From: Ginglymostoma cirratum
Taxonomy: Eukaryota
Length of the DNA stretch: 64,000 nt
NCBI GenBank assembly: GCA_024137785.1
Contig: JAHRHZ010000264.1
Location: 28,295,907 to 28,359,906 of the forward strand
Reading direction: 5' to 3'
Shown: positions 26,690 to 39,769 of the stretch, piece after piece
Layout: each line of letters starts with the position of its first letter
Numbering within the stretch: the stretch's first letter is position 1
Program-made: the position numbers and the translations under genes
Notes under the pieces: generated by a model
What the model was told of the DNA's origin: nothing
Databases searched by the model: none
What the model saw: only the letters and a program-made list of their open reading frames with translations

Positions 26690-27070
26690 TACCTGGGTAT
26701 GTTGGAGGAACCGCACCTTGTTTTCCACTTAGGCACTCATAGCCTTCAGGGTTCAATAACTTCAGGGCATGAACCCTAACCTCAATTTTGATTACTCCTT
26801 CTTGTCAGCACCTTGTTTGCTTTCAGCAGAGCAGACCTATTTTCTGCGTTTAACATCTGCCATTAACAATTACTCATTATTTATATGTCTTCATTATCTA
26901 TATCACCAGATTGGTGACTGTAGTGGTTCTGTGTCCTACTTTTCAGTCTGAACTGGAAAATTTTGACAACATAACTTCCATTTCCAACCCTCTCAGTTTC
27001 ACATGGGCCATCTCTGACTCTTCCCTTCCCTTTCTTGACTTCGGTGTTTCTGTCCTACCAGTAGGTTATC
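26690..27070 (+). mobile_element. Old PLE fragments (GIY-YIG C-terminus and RT)
   Basis: EEPHLVFHLGT; ELENF...LSFTWAISDSSLPFLD. Confidence 0.6.
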
Positions 27071-28329
27071 AATTAAGACTAATTATTATAATTAACAATT
27101 ATTATATAATCTACATCATCAGCATATCTATCAATATGCCACAGGCAGAAAGAGAGGGACAGGCTGAAATTTTTAAAAGCTATATTACTTGCTTAAATTC
27201 TTGTTTTGAAATCGGTTCTTGTCAAATTTTAAAATAGCCGCTTTGAATACAGATTGAGCAAGTTGACTGCTTCCAGAATTTTCTAGCAAGTATTAAGACA
27301 AAAGCAAATTCATCACCTCCTGGAATGTGACATTCTTTATATAGTATGAATATTCCAAACAACCAAGACAGTTATATTAGATATTTTACCATCACCAGTG
27401 TGGAACAATAGAATTACACAAAACCTATTATATCATGACTCAATTCAAATTGCTCACAGTTTGTCTACTGCAAAACATCACTGATTTCTGACAAGAGGGC
27501 ATCAAATGGAGTAATTACTCCAAACATTAAAATTGCTGATAAAAGCCAGTAAGCCCACAGCAGATGCACAAATGGGCCAGTGGCCTCAGCTGTCCATGAC
27601 AGGCTTTAAGGTGCATCCACACAAACACTGTAGACATCACCATAGTCATTACATAGTCACATCATTGCCAGTGCATGCATAGACTGCCATGCTTTTATTT
27701 TAAGTTAACTAGTTAGGCTGAGAATCTGGAAGCACAGGCAAATGCCATTACTGGGAGCAGGAGTGGGGTGGCGAAAGACTTTTATTACAGCTGAAGTTGA
27801 GTCCACCAGGAGAAGGAAAGAGGTTTGAACCAGAAACCAACCTCCAGTTTGTCTGGGGGTGACAAACTGTTGATTGAGAGGCTACCGGGGTGTAGGAAAG
27901 AAAGAGAGAGGTTGATAGGATATAGGAGATGGTGCTGCAAAGTAGAGAGATCAACTTCAAACAAAAATAAAACGTATTTTGTCATACAGAGTATATTATT
28001 TTACATCCTGCAGCTCCATCTTCAGAGAGGCAGATGCTTTCTACCACTTAAGAATAATGTTGGTTTGTTTCTGCCTCTTGCTTAACCTAGATTGGATATT
28101 CATAGAATAATCTGCTGACATCAAATCCACTCCATTAACTGAGTGTCTCAATTTAAAGCTTATGTCACATGACTGAAACTGCTGGTCTGTTTGGATCACC
28201 TTTAATTATGCAGTTTTGACATTTATTCATCGATCTGTTTCTAACACCAGAAGAGTAAGCACCCCCGCACTTAGTTAAATGCCTACCTGTGCTCTTACTA
28301 TCTCTTGAAAACGTGATTTTTGGAAGGGT

Positions 28330-29110
28330 ACCTGTGTTTCACTTGAAAAATGAGCCAACTCCCTGCTTACAAATACTATACCTTCCCCCGCCATTTGACT
28401 GCATCTGAACATCTGCCACAGGGACTTCTGTGCACAGCCAACTAAAACAACCTCACCTGGAAAAGGGTGGTCTCCAAGTTATTCAGCCCTATACAATGAA
28501 GGATATTTCTGTTTGTAATTTTGTCCTGCCATCAAATTCTCAAAATGGTAGTAAATGTTCTTGAGCTTTAATGTGGTGCAATACAGCAGGGTGATAAGAA
28601 TAATGTCCCAGTGGAGGTTTACTTCAGTCTTCAGTTTAATGCCATGCTGCTTCCAGACACAAGCATGGAGTCAGCCATAGTCAAAAGTTGCTTCATAGAT
28701 GCTTTCACAGTTATGTTCATCAGTGGTGGTATCCCTAGAAAGCCCATGACCGATATATGAGAATTTTTCAGCAGCCTTGAGATGGTGCCATCAACAATGA
28801 TGTCTGGTGCTTCTTAACATGCACCTGCTATAGGCTGAAACATAACATTGGTCTTGGAGATGCAGATTTGAAGATTTGGCAACAGTTGAGAAATTGTTCA
28901 TCATAGTTGTCATCAACCTAAGCAAGTGTTGATCAATAGACATCCTTTGTTTTCCCTTGATGTCTTAAATGCAGATGGCACAGAAGACTGCTGCAAAATA
29001 AAGACATTGTCATTGTCACCAGGATTCCAACCATTGACCTGTATGATTTTCTGCTGTGCAGTGAGGAAGTGAAATGCCTGACAATTCTGAAATTGGTTAG
29101 TGTTGACAGA
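28330..29110 (-). mobile_element. Ancient RTE LINE RT fragment
   Basis: Minus strand ISKTNVMFQP...PDIIVDG...VWKQHGIKLKT...ITLLYC, resembling RTE KKTEVMYQP / RVW..RGI.L.TK / TLLYG; many frameshifts. Confidence 0.6.
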
Positions 29111-29635
29111 TGGTTTCTCTTTGTTCACTAGTTAGACCAGTATTTATTGCCCATCCTTAGTTGGTCTTCAGAAGTTAACGGTGAGCTGCCTTCTTAAACC
29201 ACTGCAGTCCATGTGCTGTAGGTAGACCTATAATGCCATTAGGGAAACAACTCCAGGATTTTCACCAAACCACATGTAAGGGACGGCAATATATTTCCAA
29301 GTCTGGTGGGTGAGTGGCTTGGTGGGGACCTAGCAGATTGTGGTATTCCCTGCTGCCCTTGTCCTTCTCAATGGTCATACTTGTCAATTTGGAAGATGCT
29401 GTCTGAGGAACTTTGGTGAATTTCTGCAGTGCATCTTGTGTACGGTGCACACTGTTTCTACTGAGCATTGTGGTGAAGGGAGTGGATACTTGTGGATGGT
29501 TTGCCAATCAAGTAGGATGCTTTGTTCAGTAATGTGCTGCATCCTGGAGAAGCCTGAAATCCATGTCAAGTTGCATGTTTTCTCTGCTGTCCTCTCGCAA
29601 ACTCAAGTCCACAGTGACTCTTACCAATTTTTATA

Positions 29636-30250
29636 GATGCACCAGAGAAAGTATCCTATCCAGATGAATCACAGCTTGGTATGGCAACTACTCTGCCACA
29701 AGAAATTACAGAGAGTTGTGAAAACAGCTAGTCCATCACAAAAACCAGCCTTCCATCCACTGATTCTGATAACACTTCCTGCTGCCTCGGGAAAGCAGCC
29801 AACATAATCATAGACCCCTCCCACCCCCGTTTATATGCTCTTCCACTTGCTTCCATTGGGCAGAAGATACAAAAATTTGAAAACGAACCAACAGATTTAA
29901 GAGATAAAAGGTACTGCAGATGCTGGAGAATCCGAGATAACAAGCATGGGGCTGGATGAACACAGCAGTTTTCCTGCTCCTATGATGCTGCTTGACCTGC
30001 TGTGTTCATCCAGCCCCATGCTTGTTATAACAGATTTAAGAACAGCTTCTTGCCGCCTGTTAGACTTATGAAAGGACCTCTCATATATTAGAGTTGATCT
30101 TCCTCTGCACCTTCTCTATACCTGTAACATTATATTCTGCAATTTTTCTATTAGCCTTAAGTAAAATATGATTTGCCTGGTTAGCACGCAAAACAGTACT
30201 TTTCACTGTATCTCTGTACATGTGACAATAATAAATCAAATCAAATCAAG
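29636..30250 (+). mobile_element. Rex1/Babar LINE 3' fragment with (AAATC)n tail
   Basis: RCT.ESILS..ITAWYGN; KAANII.DPSHP; LLPLGRRY; RFKNSF. Confidence 0.85.
29903..30028. mobile_element. Short PLE family B fold-back insertion nested in Rex1
   Basis: Perfect 32-bp inverted arms; TSD aacagatttaaga (29890-29902, 30029-30041). Confidence 0.8.
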
Positions 30251-32789
30251 AGCACATCTGCAGCTATGGACACTTTCACAGCCATTGGTAATGTGATCAT
30301 TGCTGTGCTCTGAATTTGTAGTAATGGGTCCATTAAGTGGCAGACATCAATGAAGATGTGTGTATTAAGTGTAAACATTTCACATTGTTCAAGAAACTGC
30401 TATGTGCAAAAGACTTGAAGTCAGTAAAAACTTTTTCAGGATCTATCAAACCTCTTCTGCAGACTTTTGAACTTCAAACAACTCCAGAAAGCACAAAACA
30501 GTTCGAGTATTATATATTCATGTAAGAGTTGATGATTGCTTTAGTCTTTGTAGGAGAGTTCTTCTTCCTACTAAACAGTTGTTCAGTCGTTGTGCAGATA
30601 AGAGAGGGGAGTTGAGCTCCAAATTGGTACTGCAGGCATCAAATTGGTGTTGCTCACTAATTGTCAAGATCTGTGGCTCTGTTTACGTGAAATGTTCCAC
30701 TGTGTCTATACTAATGCACCCACCAATCCAGTATCCACAACCATTCATCCCACAGTGTGCTCATGAATATAGCTATTTTAGAACTCTGGGGATATTCATA
30801 GTGCCCAAAATGGGCATTAATGAGTCCACATTTTCACTCAGAAAATTTTTCAATGTGCAATGAACAATGACAAGGTCACTATTTTGTCCGTTATAATTCT
30901 CAGGCATTGTCAAAGTCATAGTCCACTAAGACCATGCAGGCTGCAGCTGTGGTGCATTCCAAATTAAGAGCTCACATTCTCAAAGAATTTTCACTAATTA
31001 AATTTGAAAGTTGGCTTAAAGAACTCCATTCATCCATTGACAAGACTACTGCTTGAGTCTGTGACCATGCGCACACTAAAAAAGTAACAAATAATTCTGC
31101 CAAGACGTATGGAGAAATTAGTAATTTTAAATTTTAACTTTTAAAAAATTATTTTGTTACCAAAGGCAGTATTCAGCATAGAAGAATAATTGTAGCTTAC
31201 CAGAATTTTCTGAAAAAGATAACTGCCACATAGAAGGTCATTGGATGAAATACATAGAAATAATGTTGCATGTTATTATGTCATTCAGTGCAACTAGTCC
31301 TTTGTCATTGTTTCTACTCCATATGAGCAAATAATCTAGTCGTGTTTTCCACATTCCTTCATCCGTCTACCTAAACCAACTGTGAATGTTGACATAGTTT
31401 TCGTGTCAAATAGCAACTTTTGTAGCTGTCTGTGTAAAGAAGTTTCTCCAGCCTTCCATTATAAATCACTTTATGAATAAATGTTTTCTCAGAAAAAACA
31501 CATCTGCAACAGTGGAAAACCCTCTCATCATCCCAAAACAAAATTAGTTTGAGACATCGGTGTCACCTGTCAAAGATCTAATCCCCTGAGGCTGCATCTG
31601 TTTGTGACACAAAGAACCACTGGGAATTTACTGCAGCAGGTTTTTTTGGTTTTGTTTTTGTGTTTGCTTTTCTCCTAAGTGAACTTGTAATGGCGTCTCA
31701 CAAACAGCGATCAGCACAATCTCACTTAAGACTCACGAGAAAGCGCAGAGAGTTTGAAAACAAAAACACAAATAAAATTTGTGGCAACTGCTCATTTATG
31801 AATTCTTGAATATTTGTGTACACAATAGTTCCCAAATAAAATTTATTCTAAAGAGCTAAACTAGCAAGATTTATCAACGTAACCTGTTTGAGATTTAGAG
31901 AAAATTTAATTGATGATGAGATTTTAATCAAAGCCTAAAATTATTTATTCATGCTGCGAATATTAAGTTATTTAATTGTGTGAGTAATGAATTAAAAATT
32001 CAGAACTTTTATTGATTCCGATGAGGAACTAGTTGGGTTTGGCATGAATATATTTCTTCAGTTAAAACATGTAACTTTATTTCTAACAATATTGGCATTC
32101 CCATTAAATGGTGGATCTTATTAGAATTAATGTTACTTCAAAATTATTTGCCATTAAAATTCTTCAGAGGTCCAACTAATCTCTTGTCAAAATTCCACTG
32201 GGAGATTGGCAGAATTGAAAAATAATCCAGGCCTGGTTTTGACAGGAAGGACCTGGCAACCCCACTCCATGGCAGGCACCCTGAGTTTCCAGCCAGAATA
32301 GGCAGTTGGTTCCTGGAGTTATATTTACAATCGCTTTCTGTTCAACTGCATGATTTGTACTTGTTGCATTTACTTGTAGAAGTGGGTTATTGTCTTTTCA
32401 GACTCAAAATTAGTTACAGACATTTGAGCTAACTAATCACAGCCTGACCATCGTATTTGTATGTCACTTATACTGAACATGTCTTATCTCACGCAAGGCA
32501 AGCATTTGTCATTTCTACCACAGTTCTGAGGAAGCGTCACCGGACCCGAAATGTTACCTCTGTCTTCTCCTTCACAGATGCTGCCAGACCTGCTGAGCTT
32601 TTCCAGCTACTTTGTTTTTGTTCCTGATTTACAACACCCGCAGTTCTTTCAGTTTTTATTTGTAATTTCTAAATGTGATCAGTGCATGGCTCAGTTGGCA
32701 CCACTCTGACATTGAATCATAGGCTGTAAATTGAAGTCCCACTCTGGGACATAAGCATAAAATAGTTAAGGTGAATATAACACCATAAG

Positions 32790-33820
32790 CTATAGAAGCA
32801 GAATTATGCCATTTAGCTCTTTGATTCTGCGCCACCATTTGAACATGACTGATATGTTTCTCGACTCAGTTCTCGTGCCTTCTCCCCATAACCCTTGATC
32901 CTCTTAACAATCAAGAACCTGTTTCTGTCTTAAAATGTTCATTAACATAGCTTTGACAGCACTCTGTGGCAATGAGTTCCACAGATTTACAATGCTTTTG
33001 GTTGAAGAAATTCCTCCTCATCTCAGTTCTAACAGGTTGACCCTTCACTCTGAGGCTGTGTAGTCGTCTTTACTATTAGTGCAAACATTATTTCCATGTC
33101 CACTCTATCCAGCTCTCAATATTCTGCAAGTTTCAATGAAATCTCCCCTCATCATTCTAAACTCCATCAAGACACAGAATCCTGAACTGCTCCTCATACA
33201 ACAAGCCCTTCATCTCTGGGATCTTTCTTGGAAACCTCCTCTGGACTCCCTCCAAGGCCAGCACATTCTTCCTTAGATATGGAACCCAAAACTGCTCACA
33301 ACAGAGCCTAAACAGCCTCGGCAGTACATCTCTGCTCATGCATTCTAGTCCTCTTGAAATGAATCCTAACATTGCATATATCAAATCTTATCAACGACTG
33401 AGGACAGGATAACCAGCCTATAATTTGCTGTTTTCTTCCTCCCTCCCTTCTTAAACAGGAAGGTTACGTTAGCTATTTTCCAGTCCTCTGAGACCATCCC
33501 TGATTCCAGTGATTCCTGAAAGATCACCACCAATGCCTTTACGATCTCCTCAGCTGTCCATTTTAGAACTCTGGGATATAGTCCATTTGGTCCAGATGAT
33601 TTGTCCACCTTGAAACCTTTCAGTTTCCCAGCACCTCCTCCTTAGTGATGGCATCTACGTTCACCTCTGCCTCCTGAGTCTCTTGAAGTTCTAGTATTCT
33701 GTTGGTGTCTTCCACATTGAAAACTGATGTAAAGTACCTGTTCAGTTCCTCTGACATTTTTTTGTTCCCCTTTACTACTTTTCCAGCCTTATTTTATAGT
33801 TCATTTACAGCCCTGATGAG
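32790..33820 (-). mobile_element. CR1 LINE fragments
   Basis: DKSSGPNGLYPRVLK...EDWKIANVTFLFKKGGRKKTANYR; ALEGVQRRF. Confidence 0.85.
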
Positions 33821-33879
33821 ATATCCAGAACCTGGGTATCAGGCATACAACACAACCTTAAGAACTCTCTATGACGTGG

Positions 33880-34540
33880 AGATGCTGGTGTCGGACTGGG
33901 GTGGACAAGATCAGAAATCACACGACACCAGATTATAGTCCAACAGGTTTATTTCAAGCCACAAGCTTTCAGAGCATCTCTCCTTCTTCCAGTGTCGGTG
34001 AGAAAGGTGGCATCAGAAATAGAATTTATAAGTAAAAGATCAAAGGGTCACAGAACAAATGAGAATGTATTAAACAAACCTAAGATGCTGTTAACTCTTT
34101 AATTAGTTAGAAGCTTTTAATTGTTTAATATGTATATGTAAATCCCCAAATTTCTTTCAAGTCACTGCCCTGAGAGAACTAAAGGTATTATCAGTGTAAA
34201 GAAGAGGTGACATTTTAGGTCAGACAATGCATGTTAAGTGTGAGGCTTGTTTAGAACCTGTTTACGTTTTGGTTTGGAGTCAGACTGGTTTTAATTCTAA
34301 AGAAGGAATTTATATAACGACACATTGACTGATGGTCTATAAATTGTGTGCTTTTTGAACAAAATAGAATGTATCTGCAAATGCAAATTCACCCCATAGA
34401 TTTATGCGCACGTGTGTGTGTGAGAGAGACAGAGAAAGAGTGTTTTGTGTATGTGTGTGTGTGTGGGAGAGAGAGAGTGTTTTGTGTGTGTATGGGGTGG
34501 GGGGATTGTGTGTGTTAGAGAAAGAGAGAAAGAGAGAGCG
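33880..34540 (-). mobile_element. Third PLE family terminal fragment with degenerate hammerhead and TG/AG microsatellite
   Basis: Minus strand gaagaaggag(agatg)ctctgaaagcttgtg...aaataaacctgttggactataa; recalled as a shark PLE terminus. Confidence 0.5.
34410..34540. repeat. Compound (TG)n/(AG)n microsatellite
   Basis: Alternating gtgtgt and gagaga tracts. Confidence 0.9.
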
Positions 34541-35070
34541 CCTTCGGGACTCTCCATCCAGGCCACTGAGAACAGTGTTGATTCCCCTGATTGTACTATC
34601 CCCAATTACAATTACGTTTTTCTCCTAGCTTTTGAATGATTCCCTGTGCCATGGCGGTATGGTCAGTTTGCTCATCCTCCCGACAACCCACACTGTCATC
34701 TACAGGGAGTAAGCTTCTCAAAACTGCTCGACAAACTCAAGGACTGAGGCTCCTTCAGCATTAACTCCTGGGTCCCTCCACCTGCCTCACTTATAGTCAC
34801 ACTTTCCTATCCCCCACCACTGACTGAATTCAAGGCAGTTAATCTAAGAAGTATGACTGCCTCCTGAAACACAGCATCCAGGTAATTTTCCCCCTCCGTG
34901 ATGTGGTGCAGTGTTTGAAGCTCAGACTTTAGCTCATCATCTCTAAGCCAGAATTCCTCAAGCAACCAAAACTTGCTACAGATGTGGTCACTCTGAACCA
35001 CAACGGGATCCACCAGCACCCACATCTTGCAGTTAAAACAAATTGCCTGGATCGGCATCTCTAATTACTC
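34540..35070 (-). mobile_element. CR1 ORF1 N-terminal region (zinc finger/leucine zipper)
   Basis: CFNCKMWVLVD..DHICSK.WLLEE..LR.DELKSELQTL. Confidence 0.75.
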
Positions 35071-35639
35071 AGTTCTTAACTTGATTTTTAAAAATTTTGT
35101 ACTGGTCATTTAGTTTGCACCCTGCAAATATTTCCCTGGTTTACCTTCAGTCTGAAAGTAACCTGTAATAGATAGTCAACTTAGTTGCTATCATCTTTCA
35201 ACAAACTTAACAGTTCTCCTGTGATGTCACTCTCGTGCTGGCTGCTGACATTGGGTTTCAATTTATCCTGTTAAAAAAAATTATAAACTATGAGCCAAAA
35301 CAAAAGCAAGCAAAGTTGGGCGGATAGGCCGTGTTAAATTACACATAGTGTCCAGGGATGCATAGGTTAGGTTTGTTAGCCATGGGAAATGCAGGGTTAC
35401 AGGGATGGGTCTGGGTGGTGTGCTCTTCAGAGGGCTAGTGTGGACTCATTGGGCCAAGTCGCATGTTTCCACACTGTAGGGATTCTAAAACAGAAACAAA
35501 ACAAAAAGCACCTCTTCCCCTGTGCACCAAATTCCCACATTGCATCTAAATTCCCCAAACTGTAAGCTCACTGGGGCCATGTTTCATTACGAATGTGATC
35601 ACTCCTTTCTGTCCATGCAAAGTTTACATTTCAGTGCAG

Positions 35640-35950
35640 CACTATGCAGTCCTTCCGATGCGACGTTAGATTGAGTTCACCCCTGCTGTTTTAGTTGGCT
35701 GTAAAAAAATCTTATTGCAAGATTACGAAGCAAAGAAACTTATACCTATTGATCTTGTCCAATATTTATCCCTCAATCAACATCAGAAATACAAACTACC
35801 TGGTCATTAACAAATTGCTCTTTGTGGGAGATTGTGTGTGCTGTGATTCTGCATTAGAACAGTGACTACACTTCAAAAGGTACATCATTGGTTAAAAAGT
35901 GCTTTGGGATGTTGGATGGTCATGAAATATGCTATATTAATGCAAACATT
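35640..35950 (+). mobile_element. Deu-domain SINE fragment (SacSINE1/AmnSINE-like)
   Basis: caatatttatccctcaatcaacatc...ctggtcatt...tttgtgggag...gtgactacacttcaaaag...gctttgggatg; similar fragments near 12250-12400, 15605-15760, 18670-18855, 44960-45150, 47380-47870 and 61930-62550. Confidence 0.55.
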
Positions 35951-37144
35951 TCTTGCTTTCCTTTTTCTAACTTGTCACATGACCTGAAAGATTATTTATG
36001 TACTTTAGAGTGAACATACATTAGCATTTAACTTTGTGATTTATTTCCTTATTTGTGCATACCACATAAAAATTGTAAATGTTTGATGCAAACTGAATAG
36101 CTATTCATTTATGTAAATTATAATTAGTTTCTTTTTCTATACCTTCCAGCAATATTGATACCATGTTCATCATTTACAATGAGCTATTGAATTAACACGT
36201 AGCATTCATATGGCTTGGATAAAAGCTCTCATGTTATGGAATCAGTGAAAGGCTTTTTTTAGACCGTTCAGCAATTGAAATATGAACTGGAGTAGGCTTC
36301 GATCTGGCATCACTAATTAAAAGAATATCATGGCTGACATAATTGAGGCCTCAACTTCACTTTCCAGCCTGCCCGTCCCATTCCACCACAAACAACTCCC
36401 CTCTCCACCCCAAAAAAAGCCCTCTATTCCTGTGCCAATCAAAACTCTAATTCTTGGACGCATTCAATCACCTGGATCCAAAATGGCTTAGCAGTGGGAG
36501 GCAGAGGGTGGTGAAAGAAGGCTGTTTGTGTAACTGGCAGCCAGCGACTAGTGTCCAGTGGAGTAACACATGGATCAGTGCTGGGCCCTTTGTTGTTTGT
36601 GACATATATATGGGATATAGATGAGTGTGTGGGAGGAAATGACAAGTAGGTTTGCAGATGACACGAAGTTTGACCAGGTAGCTTTGCCAGTGCAGACTTA
36701 ATGCGCCAGAAAGCCTCTTCTATACTGTATGATTCTGTGATTCTACCTTGCCTCCATTGCTGTCAGGAGAAGGGGAAAATCTAATGACACACTGAGAGGA
36801 GAAATTCCTCCTTAGCTCTGCTTTAGAGGGAGACTCCTTACTTTTGACATATGCACCTAGTTCTAGACTCTTTCACAATGGGAGACATCCTCCCAATATC
36901 CAATTTGCAAAGTCTCCTCAGTAGCTCAATTTTCGTAAGGTAACCTTTCGTTCATCCAAACTCCATTGAGTATAGGCCGACGCTGCTCATCATGAGACAA
37001 TTTCTTTATCTCAGGAATCAACTAAGAAAACCTTCACTAAACTGTTTCCATTGCAATTTTATCCCTCATTAAGCTAGGAAAGCAAAACTGCATACCATAG
37101 GCCAGATGTGGTCTCAATACCGTCCTCAGTAGCAGTAGCAACGG

Positions 37145-37890
37145 TTTTGTTTTCTTTGTTTTCTGTCTTGCTTTTTATCTTTTTCTTTTTTTTTACTTAC
37201 CTCTTGTTGGAGAGCTTGGTCGCAGTGACAGCATCAGCAGCAGTGAGTGAGCCCAGCGCAGACTTGAGTGGGCCCAGTGGGGACTCATGACGGTGACATC
37301 AGAGGCAGGTTTGGGTTCCTGGCAGCTCCTGCATTGTCGAGGCGGTCCTAGCGGAAACTCATGGCTGCTGTGGCAGAGGTCAGTTTGGGCTCCTGCCGGT
37401 GTCTGTGTCCAGCACAGATTCATGGAGGTGGTGGCAGAGGTGAGTTTGGGCCCAGTGCAAGCCCCGTCAGCATTGGCAGCAGCTGCATCAGTGGGGTGGG
37501 CCCAAAACGGACTCATGGCAGCAGTTGAGTCAGGTTTGGGCCAGTATGGTACCTGACGGCATCAGTGGCATCGGCATTGGCAAGGTTCATTGCAAACGCA
37601 TAGAGGCAAGGGTGTCGGTGGAGGTGGGATAGCGCCAAAGAGGGATGACTTTCGTTCCAGTGGTGGCAGTGCACCAAAGGAGATTTGTACCTGGCCACTG
37701 GCCCATGGCAGAGCACTTAACAAGAAGGACTTGAAAATTGAACACATTTTCATTATTTCCTTCTTTTTTCTGCCTTTATATTCTATGTTTTGGTTTATTT
37801 TTCTGTGTTTTAAGTTTGTGCCGGAGAGTGGCGACACTATACACTTTTCACTGCATTTTATAACAAAATACATATGACAATAAATAAATC
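37145..37890 (+). mobile_element. GC-rich non-autonomous retroposon with Rex1-like 3' tail, inserted in a minus-strand CR1 (36780-38150)
   Basis: Tail cacttttcactgca...tacatatgacaataaataaatc resembles the Rex1 tail at 30198-30245; degenerate internal repeats. Confidence 0.55.
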
Positions 37891-39769
37891 TACAGTTCTC
37901 TACTTTTATACTTCATTCATCATTCAATAATCAACAACATTCTATTTATTTTCCCAATCGCTTGCCATACCTGTGCGCTAGCTTTTTATGAAAGGACACC
38001 CACATCCCTCTGTATCATGGATTTCTGCAGTCAGTCCTCATTTAATCAGTATCCTGCTTTTTTAATCTTCCTTCAAAAGTGAACAACCTCAAATAATCAA
38101 ACAGCTGGCCAACTCACTTATCGTATCTATATGCCTTTGCATTCTCTTTAGGTGGAATTTTCCTCAACTTGGTGTCACATGAGTAATGGCAAGAAAAGTG
38201 AGAAAATACAGTGAGAATTAAAAAAATCAGAACCGTGGACATAGGACAAAGATGAATGTTTTGCATGGTCAGTTAAAGAAGTTTCTGTCAAATCATTAAA
38301 GCAGCTGCCAAAGATCATAATCTCTGCATTTTTTTGTTGAGCTACATGAGAATTGGCATTGCATAAATCAGATTAGAAAGACAGTTGTGGGAGAAATGGG
38401 TTCAAATCTGTGGGGCACTAGCACCAGTACTGGAGAAAGTGGGATTTGTACCCATAGGATGAATTATGCTGGGGATAGTTTTCTTAACAAATGCAAACTA
38501 GAGCAGGAATGATAATTTTAGACTAAATAGTAGGACAAAGGAACAAATTTAGGAAGATGCAGTAAATCAAAAGAGTCAAGGACAAAGACAAAGATATTAG
38601 TACGGGAAATGATGAACAAATGGTGATAGGAAGGGATAAAGAGTAGAAACCTAAGAGTCAATCAACAGAAAAGGCTAGAATTCACAAAAACAGTAAAAGA
38701 ATAGGACTAAAGGCTCTGTTTCTGTATGCATAAAATTTAAAACAAAACAAATGAACTAAGAGTGCAACCAGAAATAAATGAGTAAGATCTGGTAGCCATT
38801 ACAGCAAAGCGTGGCAAAATCACATGACCTGAATCTTAAAGGGTACAATTTAGGAATGACAGTAAACTAGGAGAATTTGAAGAGGTGGCTCTGTAGTTAA
38901 CGATGATATTTGCACAAGAGGGAAGGATTACCAAAGTTCAGAAAATCAAGATATGGAAACAGTTTGAACAGGAATAAAAAATGCTAAATGTAAGAAGTCA
39001 CTTCTGGGATTGTATACAAGCCCCCTGACAATAACCACACAGTGGGGCACAAATAAAGAAATTATGAGAGCTTATAAGAAAGGTCGGGAATATTGAACGG
39101 GTAGAAGGCAGCCTAGATGAGGAGCTCTAGAATACTTTCAGACTAGGTCCTGAGGAGGCAGTGGTGTAGTGGTAATGCAGTTGGACTAATAATCTAGAAA
39201 CCCAGGCTATGCTTTGAGGACATAGGTTCAAATCCCACCATGGTAAAATTAGAATTCCATTTTTAAAAAAAGCTGGTTGAATGATAACTGTGCAACCACT
39301 GCTGATTATCATTTTTAAAAATCTGATTCTTTAATACACTTTAGGGAAGCAACTCTGCTGCCCTTACCCGGTCTGGTCTACAAAAATCTGGGTAACTTTG
39401 AAATGTCCTCTGGGCAATTTGGGATGGACAATAAATGCTGCCCTCGCCAACTGTCTATGTTCCGTGAATGAATTGAAAAAAAAACTGCATTTTGAAGCTG
39501 ACCAGAGAGGAAGCTACATTCGAGCTAGTATTCTGTAATGAAATAGGATTAATGAATGATCTCCTAATGAAGACACCCTAGGTAGCAACAATCATAGTAC
39601 AATTAAATTTTATATTGAATTTGATGGAGAAGGGACTGGGTTCTGAGATGAGTTTTCCAGAAGTTTAAATATGGAGAACTGTGATGCCATGAAAGCAGGC
39701 CTGGCTGATGTGAATTGGAAAATTAGATCACAGAAATGTAGGGGCAGACTTTTTTAAAATATTAGAATG

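Noticed and set aside
39155-39245. tRNA-like sequence (ggtgtagtggtaat...ggttcaaatccc)
   Set aside because: Decayed SINE head joined to a LINE-like tail; no complete cloverleaf
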